Assembly: GCA_028279805.1 (NCBI GenBank)
Contig: JANQMZ010000007.1
Location: 90,001 to 122,000 of the forward strand
Length of the DNA: 32,000 nt
Origin: an archaeon
GTDB taxonomy: Archaea; Iainarchaeota; Iainarchaeia; Iainarchaeales; JANQMZ01
Direction of reading: 5' to 3'
Shown here: positions 25,603-32,000 of the stretch, in pieces
Position numbering within the stretch: position 1 is the first letter of the stretch
How the letters are laid out: the number at the start of each line of letters is the position of its first letter
The notes under the pieces: generated by a model
What the model was told of the DNA's origin: nothing
Seen by the model: the letters and a program-made list of their open reading frames with translations, nothing else
Databases searched by the model: none
Program-made: the position numbers and the translations under genes

Positions 25603-26352
25603 CTATTTCACAACAAAAGGCATTTTTGTTTTATGCCTGTTGCTTTCAACCATTTTTAAAATTTTTTCCACAAATTCAGGGTTAAACTTTTTTTTAATTT
25701 CCTCTGCTTTAACATTTTTTTCATATGCCTGCAAAATTTTGTCAATTTCTTCATACTTGCCGCCTATCTCATCTTCGTCAAGCTGCCCGTGATACAATTC
25801 TGCTGTTGGCTCTTTTTCAATTATTTCAACAGGAACTTTTTTTAGTTTTGCAATTTCTTTAACCTCTGTTTTATACAGGTCTCCGATAGGAAGCAAATCA
25901 ACTCCCCCATCACCATATTTTGTAAAATATCCAATCATTAACTCTGTTTTGTTTCCTGTGCCCACAACAAGCGCATTGTTTGAATTTGCATAAGAATAAA
26001 GTAAAATCATCCGGCTTCTTGCATTAATATTCATTTCAGCATAATCTGACAAATCCCAATCCACTTTTTGAAAAGTTTTTACAAAATCATCAATTGCATA
26101 TTCAACAAATTTAACATTAAGCTTTTCACACCATTCAGCTGCATGCTTAACGCCCTCTTTTGAACTTATTTTTGTATTGGGCATTAAAAGGGCGGTAACA
26201 TTTTCACTTCCCAAAGCATTTTTTGTTACAAGCAAAGTCAAAGCGGAATCAATTCCCCCTGAAACACCTATAACCGCTTTTTTGTAACCATTTTTTTCAA
26301 AATATTGGTTTGTTTTTTTTACAACGTTTTCAAATTTTTGTTCAAAATTCAA
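25603..26352 (-). CDS. nadE: NH3-dependent NAD+ synthetase
   Basis: VIGVSGGIDSALT PP-loop motif, GTGNKTELMIGYFTKYGDGG motif, 249 aa. TTG start codon at 26352. Confidence 0.9.
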   Translation of the reverse strand: MNFEQKFENVVKKTNQYFEKNGYKKAVIGVSGGIDSALTLLVTKNALGSENVTALLMPNTKISSKEGVKHAAEWCEKLNVKFVEYAIDDFVKTFQKVDWDLSDYAEMNINARSRMILLYSYANSNNALVVGTGNKTELMIGYFTKYGDGGVDLLPIGDLYKTEVKEIAKLKKVPVEIIEKEPTAELYHGQLDEDEIGGKYEEIDKILQAYEKNVKAEEIKKKFNPEFVEKILKMVESNRHKTKMPFVVK

Positions 26353-26420
26353 AGGAAAAAACCTGTGCGAAGTCTTATTAATTGTTTTCCTGTAAAAGCT
26401 TTAAAAAGAGGCTGTGTAAT

Positions 26421-27089
26421 ATGCGTATTATAATTTCAGGCCCTCCGGGAGCAGGTAAAAGTTTTTTGGCACAGGATTTAGCCAAAAGATTCGGCTTAAC
26501 CGTTGTTCACGCTTCACATATTTTAAAAGAATTAAGCAAAGAAAAAGGAGTAAAAAATGTTGATTCTGGTAAAACCAAAAGCAGTGAAGGTTTTTGGGAT
26601 TCAGATGAAGCTTCAGATTTTTTGCAAAAAAGATTAAAAGATGCAAAATATGATATTGCGCTTGATAAAAAACTTTTGGAAATTTTAAAAACAAAAGAAA
26701 ATGTTATTTTTGATTCAAGGACACTGCCATGGCTTTCAAAACCTTTGAAAGAGAAAGGCATTCAGATTTTTTGCATATGGCTTGATGCAAGTGAAACTGT
26801 GAGAGCCCAGAGAATAACAAGCAGGGATAAAAAAACAAAAATAAAAAACCTGCAAACCAATGATGTTGAAGAAACTCGTGGAAACATGCAGCATAGGTAT
26901 GAAATTGACGGAAAAGTTTACCAGAATCTTTACGGAATTGAATACGGTGAGGATTTTACAGTATTTGACCTGATTTTGGATACGGATGACCTGCCAAAAA
27001 AGGATGTAGCAGAACTTGTTGCCAAAAAAATAAAAAAATATTACGAAAAAAGCAAGAAAAAGATAAAAAAAGAGCAAAAAAAAGCTTAA
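26421..27089 (+). CDS. cytidylate-kinase-like / AAA-family nucleotide kinase with lysine-rich C-terminal tail
   Basis: MRIIISGPPGAGKSFLAQDLAKRFGL P-loop at the ATG 26421. Archaeal Cmk-like layout. Tail KKIKKYYEKSKKKIKKEQKKA. Confidence 0.6.
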   Translation: MRIIISGPPGAGKSFLAQDLAKRFGLTVVHASHILKELSKEKGVKNVDSGKTKSSEGFWDSDEASDFLQKRLKDAKYDIALDKKLLEILKTKENVIFDSRTLPWLSKPLKEKGIQIFCIWLDASETVRAQRITSRDKKTKIKNLQTNDVEETRGNMQHRYEIDGKVYQNLYGIEYGEDFTVFDLILDTDDLPKKDVAELVAKKIKKYYEKSKKKIKKEQKKA

Positions 27090-27113
27090 TTTTTTTTCAA
27101 AAACACAAATTTA

Positions 27114-27320
27114 TTATGCGCTTTTTCTTGAAAGCCTTATGTCAGATTCTGTTATTGTTTTTCTGTTGGCATGGTTTGCAAAAGTCTTAGCCTGCTGGGC
27201 AATTTTTATTCCCTCTTCTTCTAGAATTTCAGCTAAAATTTTTACAGCTTCTTCACTTACTCTTCCGCCGCCGGCCTTCCTTATAATTCTGTCAACCGCA
27301 GCCAAAGGCAATTCACCCAT
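27114..27320 (-). CDS. archaeal histone (HMf family, single histone fold)
   Basis: 68 aa. MGELPLAAVDRIIRKAGGGRVSEEAVKILAEILEEEGIKIAQQAKTFANHANRKTITESDIRL aligns along its whole length with HMfB-type histones, including the RKT loop. Confidence 0.9.
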   Translation of the reverse strand: MGELPLAAVDRIIRKAGGGRVSEEAVKILAEILEEEGIKIAQQAKTFANHANRKTITESDIRLSRKSA

Positions 27321-27352
27321 TATAAAAACCTCGTAATGATATTAAAACAGGT

Positions 27353-27361
27353 TTATATAAA
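27353..27361 (-). promoter_or_regulatory. candidate TATA box for the histone gene
   Basis: Minus strand TTTATATAA about 33 nt upstream of the ATG, with GAGGT SD-like sequence between them. Confidence 0.35.
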
Positions 27362-27452
27362 AAGATTTGCTTTTTTTTTAAAAAATAAGCTCAAAAAACT
27401 CTTTTTTTATAAAATAAAACCCAAAAAACACTTTTTTTTCATTAAAAAAGGG

Positions 27453-27464
27453 TAATTAAATATT
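27453..27464 (+). promoter_or_regulatory. candidate TATA box for hef (leaderless-type spacing)
   Basis: TAATTAAATATT centred about 28 nt upstream of ATG 27486, with no SD in between. Confidence 0.3.
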
Positions 27465-27485
27465 TTCCGCTTATTTTTTCATATA

Positions 27486-29723
27486 ATGCCTTTTGTTAAA
27501 CATCCGATGGTTAAAGAAGAACAGATCGAATCAAGAGTTTACCAGGAAGTAACCGTTGCAAAAATTTTGGAACAAGGTTCAACTCTTGTTGTAACTCCGA
27601 CAGCTTTAGGCAAAACGGTTTTAGCTGCGTTATTGTCAGCGCATATTCTTCACAATAATCCTGATAAAAAAATTCTTTTAATGGCGCCAACAAGGCCTTT
27701 GGCTGTTCAGCATTCCAACACTTTAATATCAAAATTAAAGCTTGAACCAGATGATGTTAAGGTTTTCACAGGCTCAATTCCTCCGGATGAAAGAAAAAAA
27801 CAATATCTTGAAACAAAAATTATTTGTGCAACACCCCAATGCATTGAAAATGACCTGATAACAGGCAGAATAAAACTTGACAATATTTCTTTATGCATTT
27901 TTGACGAAGCTCATCGCGGCGTAAAAGATTATGCTTATGTTTTTATTGCAAAACAGTTTGCAAGGCAAAGCAACGGAATAATTCTGGCATTAACAGCTTC
28001 ACCCGGATACACTCAGGAAAAAATTCAGGACATCTGCAAAAACCTGTTCATTAACAACATTGAAGTTAAAACATCCGAAGATGATGACGTGTCACCATAT
28101 GTTAACAAAATTAATCTGGAATGGCACAAAGTTGACTTGCCTCCGGATTTTTTGCAAATTTCAAGTTTGTTAAAAAAATCAATGCAGACAAACATTAACA
28201 TGCTTAAAAATATCGGCATAGTTCCCACAACAAATTTTAATTATTTTACAAAAAAAAGATTAATGGCTTTGCAGATTCAGATAAGAAAAAAAATTTCTTC
28301 AAACAAAAATGCAGCATCCCTTTACACTGCAGCTTCAAAAACAGCGGTGTTAATGAAACTGTCACATGCCTTAACATTGCTTGAAACACAGGGAATTTCA
28401 TCACTTTATGACTATTTTTCAAAAATTGAAAAAAAAGCAAGTTCAAAGGCAGACAAATCAATTCTGGCTGATGAAAATATTAAAAAAGCAATTCAAATTT
28501 TAAAAAAATTATTCAAGGAAAACAAAAAACACCCCAAACTTGATGCTTTAAAACAAATTTTAAAAGAACAGTTTTTACAAAACCCGGATTCAAGAGTTCT
28601 GGTTTTTAACCATTACAGGGCGTCCGTTAAGGAACTTGTAAAAGAATTGTCCAAAATTAATCCTGTAAAACCATCAGAATTTGTAGGGCAGGCAGCAAAA
28701 GAATCTGTAAAAGGCATGACTCAAAAAGAACAGGTTCAGGCAATTAAAGACTTTGAATCAGGCAAGTTTAATGTTCTGGTGGCAACATCTGTTGCAGAAG
28801 AAGGATTAGACATTCCTTCATGCGATTTGGTTATTTTTTATGAGCCTGTTCCGAGCGAAATAAGGCACATTCAGCGCAGGGGAAGAACAGGAAGATTAAA
28901 CCAGGGAAAAGCAATAATTTTAATGGCTAAAAATACAAGGGATGAGGGTTTTTACTGGGCTGCAAAAACAAAGGAGAAAAAAATGTTAAGCAATCTGGAT
29001 GAAATAAAAAAATCAGGCTTGTTGAAACAAAAGCAAACCACTTTGCACAAATTCCGCTCAGACATTAAAAACCAGATTTTAATTTACGCGGATACAAGAG
29101 AACAATCTTCAAAGGTTATAAAATTTTTAAAAGAAAAAGGAGCAGAAATTCATGTAAAACAGCTTGAAGTTGGTGATTTTGTTTTAACAGATTCAATTGC
29201 TATTGAAAGAAAAACCGTTGAAGATTTTTTAACAAGCATGCTGGACGGCCGCTTATTCAACCAGTTAATAAGTTTAAGCACAAACTATGAACAGCCTTTA
29301 CTGATTTTGGAAGGGGATCACAACGAATTGTTTTCTTTAAGAAACATTCATCCCAATGCAATTATCGGCGCATTAACTTCTATTGCCTTAAATTATCGCG
29401 TGCCAGTTTTGTATACAAAAGATGCTGAAGAAACAGCCCAATATATTTTTGTTACCGCAAAAAGAGAGCAAATCGGAAAAGACAAAGATATTCGTTTAAG
29501 AGTGGGGCGTTCCGGTTTAAGTGAAGAACAACTGCAGCAATTTATTGTTGAATCTTTGCCTATGACCGGCCCTCAGACAGCGAAAAACCTCTTAAAACAT
29601 TTTGGCTCGATTGAAAAACTTTTCACAGCTTCAGAAAAAGAAATACAGGAAGTTGAAAAAATGGGCCCCAAAAAAGCCAAAGCAATAAGAAAAATAATTG
29701 AATTGGAATTTGAGGAAAAATAA
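27486..29723 (+). CDS. hef: Hef: SF2 helicase fused to an ERCC4/XPF-type nuclease and a tandem HhH domain
   Basis: Helicase motifs TPTALGKT, FDEAHRG, QRRGRTGR. Nuclease signature YADTRE...GDFVL...ERKTVEDF. C-terminal HhH2 (LPMTGPQTAKNLL...MGPKKAKAI). Confidence 0.9.
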   Translation: MPFVKHPMVKEEQIESRVYQEVTVAKILEQGSTLVVTPTALGKTVLAALLSAHILHNNPDKKILLMAPTRPLAVQHSNTLISKLKLEPDDVKVFTGSIPPDERKKQYLETKIICATPQCIENDLITGRIKLDNISLCIFDEAHRGVKDYAYVFIAKQFARQSNGIILALTASPGYTQEKIQDICKNLFINNIEVKTSEDDDVSPYVNKINLEWHKVDLPPDFLQISSLLKKSMQTNINMLKNIGIVPTTNFNYFTKKRLMALQIQIRKKISSNKNAASLYTAASKTAVLMKLSHALTLLETQGISSLYDYFSKIEKKASSKADKSILADENIKKAIQILKKLFKENKKHPKLDALKQILKEQFLQNPDSRVLVFNHYRASVKELVKELSKINPVKPSEFVGQAAKESVKGMTQKEQVQAIKDFESGKFNVLVATSVAEEGLDIPSCDLVIFYEPVPSEIRHIQRRGRTGRLNQGKAIILMAKNTRDEGFYWAAKTKEKKMLSNLDEIKKSGLLKQKQTTLHKFRSDIKNQILIYADTREQSSKVIKFLKEKGAEIHVKQLEVGDFVLTDSIAIERKTVEDFLTSMLDGRLFNQLISLSTNYEQPLLILEGDHNELFSLRNIHPNAIIGALTSIALNYRVPVLYTKDAEETAQYIFVTAKREQIGKDKDIRLRVGRSGLSEEQLQQFIVESLPMTGPQTAKNLLKHFGSIEKLFTASEKEIQEVEKMGPKKAKAIRKIIELEFEEK

Positions 29724-29745
29724 GGTTTAAACAGAATCAAAAAGC

Positions 29746-29753
29746 TATTTAAA
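29746..29753 (+). promoter_or_regulatory. candidate TATA box for the beta-helix surface-protein gene (leaderless-type spacing)
   Basis: aaagcTATTTAAAc centred about 26-27 nt upstream of ATG 29776, with no SD. Confidence 0.3.
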
Positions 29754-29775
29754 CATTGAATTAATTATAATAGCA

Positions 29776-31482
29776 ATGAAAAAAATTCTGTTATTAATAT
29801 TTTTACTTTCTTTTTCCCAGACAGTTTTGGCTTACTCAGGGCAATGCAGTTTTGTTCTTGATTCCGCTTTTACTTTAAATCCGACCAGATATGAACCAAT
29901 GATTTCATATGATTCTGGAACAAATACAGCCACTTTAAATGAAACAATTACTTGCAGTTCAACTTATGGTGTAAGGCTGGACATTCAGGGCTTAAATTTT
30001 AACTGTGCTGACAACACTTTTATTGAAGCTTCAAAAAAAAGCATTGGTATCTGGATTATTAATTCTGACATTACGGTTGACAACTGTAACATTAAATCAT
30101 CACATTCTTCAAATTATTCTTTTTCCAACGGAATAACACTTGACAGGCGTGCTGACAACGCTTTGATAAAAAACTCAACTGTTTCCAATGCCAGAACAAG
30201 AGGAATTTATGCCAACAGGACAAAAATTGTCACACTTGACAACATTAAAATTAATCCTTTGCAGCATTCAAACGGCTTTGTTTCAAGCATCGGAATTTAT
30301 TTCAGAGAACAAACAGGGGCATTATTAAAAAATTCCACAATTGACAATTCAGGAATAGGTGTTTACTCTATTCGCGGGAGCACAACTGAAATTGAAAATG
30401 TTCAGATTAATCCTGAAAATGAATCAAGCGGAACAGGTTCAAATACAGGCATTTATTTTAACAGAAACCAAAAAAGTGTTCTGAAAGGTTCAACAATTTT
30501 AAGCAGTTTAAGGGCTGTCAGAATTTATAATAGAAATTCTGAACTGCAGGCAGGTGAAATAACAAACAATGTTTTGTGCAGTGACAACCCGGCTTCAAAC
30601 CATGATTTGTACAGCACAGGCAAAGACCTGCCTCAAACTTTTTTAGACAGCATAACAGGAAACAATTTTGATTCAACAAACATTAAACAAAACTGGGACC
30701 CTTGGGAAAACAATTCAAAATGCAATGAGGAACCTCCTCCTCCGCCCCCTCAAAACGAATTAACTGCAACTATGTCTTCAAATCCGGCAACAGGTCCGTC
30801 CCCTCTGGATGTAACTTTTAATGCAACCTGTGAAGAATTAATAAATTCTGATCTGCGAAGCTGTTCACTTGATTTTGGAGACAATTCTGCTCCGTACGAT
30901 TTTTCAAATTGTTCTTTTCCAGCAAACACATGCTCTGACACTGTGTTGCATACTTACACTGCAACAACTTTTCCTACAAACTATCAGGCAATTTTAACAG
31001 CAACAGATTCAACTTCAACCAAAGATTTTTTTATTATTATAATTGTAACAGAACCACCTGAAGAACCTCCTGAAGAGCCTCCGCCTGAAGAACCGCCTCC
31101 GGAAGAACCTCCGGCACCAACAGAAAAATGCATTGAATTAAATGCACTGGATACAATTTCGGGCAATCCTGTTACAGTTACAGCTGATTGTTCATCTCCT
31201 TTGCAGGGCTCTGAAAAAATTAACCTGACGTTCAGAAACAATTTGGGGCAACAGGTTGATTCCGGAACAATTAATTGCAATTCAACTGATGATTTTTCAC
31301 AATTTAATGAAACCGGAATTTTTTCAGTCCGCGGAATAGACGATGGAGGTTTATGTTCAGATTTGGCTTTTTTTGCAGTAACCGCACCGGTTTCAACTGC
31401 AGGCATTCCTGAAATTCATCCGGTGTTTGCTTTGCTTATAGCATTAAGCGTTTTGTTTATTTTAAGAAATAAAAAACAATGA
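29776..31482 (+). CDS. secreted Cys-rich surface protein: signal peptide, right-handed beta-helix (PbH1) repeats, PKD-like domain, Pro/Glu linkers, C-terminal PGF-CTERM-like anchor
   Basis: MKKILLLIFLLSFSQTVLA signal peptide. Repeated GI(Y/W)...N..I.N(S/C) beta-helix rungs. PKD signature PLDVTFNA...LDFGDNS...HTY. C-terminus PVFALLIALSVLFILRNKKQ. Confidence 0.8.
   Translation: MKKILLLIFLLSFSQTVLAYSGQCSFVLDSAFTLNPTRYEPMISYDSGTNTATLNETITCSSTYGVRLDIQGLNFNCADNTFIEASKKSIGIWIINSDITVDNCNIKSSHSSNYSFSNGITLDRRADNALIKNSTVSNARTRGIYANRTKIVTLDNIKINPLQHSNGFVSSIGIYFREQTGALLKNSTIDNSGIGVYSIRGSTTEIENVQINPENESSGTGSNTGIYFNRNQKSVLKGSTILSSLRAVRIYNRNSELQAGEITNNVLCSDNPASNHDLYSTGKDLPQTFLDSITGNNFDSTNIKQNWDPWENNSKCNEEPPPPPPQNELTATMSSNPATGPSPLDVTFNATCEELINSDLRSCSLDFGDNSAPYDFSNCSFPANTCSDTVLHTYTATTFPTNYQAILTATDSTSTKDFFIIIIVTEPPEEPPEEPPPEEPPPEEPPAPTEKCIELNALDTISGNPVTVTADCSSPLQGSEKINLTFRNNLGQQVDSGTINCNSTDDFSQFNETGIFSVRGIDDGGLCSDLAFFAVTAPVSTAGIPEIHPVFALLIALSVLFILRNKKQ
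31051..31119 (+). repeat. imperfect tandem repeat encoding an (E)EPP(P) linker
   Basis: GAA CCA CCT GAA GAA CCT CCT GAA GAG CCT CCG CCT GAA GAA CCG CCT CCG GAA GAA CCT CCG GCA CCA = EPPEEPPEEPPPEEPPPEEPPAP, with synonymous-site variation between units. Confidence 0.8.
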
Positions 31483-31493
31483 AACAAATTAAT

Positions 31494-31925
31494 TTATTTT
31501 ATTTCAAGTTTGTGTCCTTTGCTTTCATCTTTTCCCGGATGTTTTTTTGGAATTGTTATTGTTAATATTCCATTGTTAAATTCTGCACCTGCCTTTTCAG
31601 CTACAACTTCCGCCGGCAAAGGTAATAATCTGCTGAAAGAAGAATAAGAACGTTCATGATAATAAAATCCTTTTTCTTCCTCTTCTTCTTTTTCAGATGT
31701 TTTTGCACTAATCCTTATTGAATCCGTTTCAACCTGAACATCAATGTTTTCTTTTTTTGCTCCGGGCAGTTCAGCTGTAACCTCAATTGCATCTCCCTTG
31801 TCAGCAATGTCAACCAAAGGCTGCCTTACATTTTTATCCATCGGCATTTCCCAGTTAAGGTTTTCTCCGAACAATCTTTTTCTCAGTTTTTTCATATCTT
31901 CAAATGGGTCCCATGTTTCCCTCAT
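31494..31925 (-). CDS. hsp20: small heat-shock protein, Hsp20/alpha-crystallin family
   Basis: Alpha-crystallin core (VDIADKGDAIEVTAELPGAKKENIDVQV...GILTITIPK). GGAGGTG SD at 31934-31940, 8 nt upstream of ATG 31925; the ORF-track GTG start at 31931 lies in the 8-nt spacer between that SD and the ATG. Confidence 0.9.
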   Translation of the reverse strand: MRETWDPFEDMKKLRKRLFGENLNWEMPMDKNVRQPLVDIADKGDAIEVTAELPGAKKENIDVQVETDSIRISAKTSEKEEEEEKGFYYHERSYSSFSRLLPLPAEVVAEKAGAEFNNGILTITIPKKHPGKDESKGHKLEIK

Positions 31926-32000
31926 AATCACAACACCTCCATCTTATACATAATTATTTCGCCAAAAAAATTTTTAAACTTATTTAAAATAATTCAAAAA

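Noticed and set aside
27486-29723. Helicase-nuclease fusion considered as a possible defence-system effector.
   Set aside because: Motif order (SF2 helicase, then ERCC4 GDxnERKx3D nuclease, then HhH2) is exactly canonical archaeal Hef, a replication-fork repair enzyme. It has no partner genes typical of defence islands.
1-32000. CRISPR arrays, rRNA genes, transposases or IS elements, toxin-antitoxin pairs, and known defence systems.
   Set aside because: I scanned for regularly spaced repeats and for hallmark motifs (DDE/integrase, Cas, PIN/HEPN pairs) in the six-frame track and found none. All intergenic regions are under 180 bp.

Overview
Gene-dense, visibly AT-rich window (roughly one-third G+C by eye, not computed). 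It looks like a small-genome archaeon. Archaeal markers are an HMf-type histone, a full-length Hef helicase/XPF-nuclease, a geranylgeranyl-reductase-family flavoprotein, a cis-prenyltransferase and a DhnA/FbaB-type class I aldolase. Several enzymes are of types more usual in bacteria (GlpX, NadD). The lysine-rich, compact style fits a DPANN-like lineage, but that is inference only. Contents from left to right: (1) a glycan/nucleotide-sugar locus at about 1-12.6 kb, with a sulfatase-fold enzyme, GT4, GT2, two UDP-sugar 6-dehydrogenase-family genes, an FrhB-like Fe-S flavoprotein, an orphan alpha/alpha-toroid protein, an MDR-Gfo bi-domain oxidoreductase, a UDP-GlcA 4-epimerase-like SDR, UDP-xylose synthase and a sugar-phosphate nucleotidyltransferase; (2) FBP aldolase and GlpX FBPase embedded in the same minus-strand gene string as ugd and uxs; (3) a small extracytoplasmic thiol cluster (membrane-anchored CPHC thioredoxin-like protein, DUF378, anchored rhodanese); (4) a ~940-aa Ig/FN3-rich type I membrane surface protein; (5) GGR, tRNA-Gln(CUG) and UppS; (6) nadE-nadD-ogt, a cytidylate-kinase-like ATPase, histone and Hef; (7) a secreted beta-helix/PKD protein with a PGF-CTERM-like tail; (8) Hsp20. 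I found no CRISPR array, rRNA, transposase or integrase, and no recognisable defence system. The most unusual material is the redox-heavy glycan module (FrhB-like protein coupled to the orphan toroid protein) and the two Cys- and sequon-rich surface proteins with their nearby maturation genes. I do not claim a clearly novel system. All functional calls come from motif recognition by eye and need HMM or structure confirmation.
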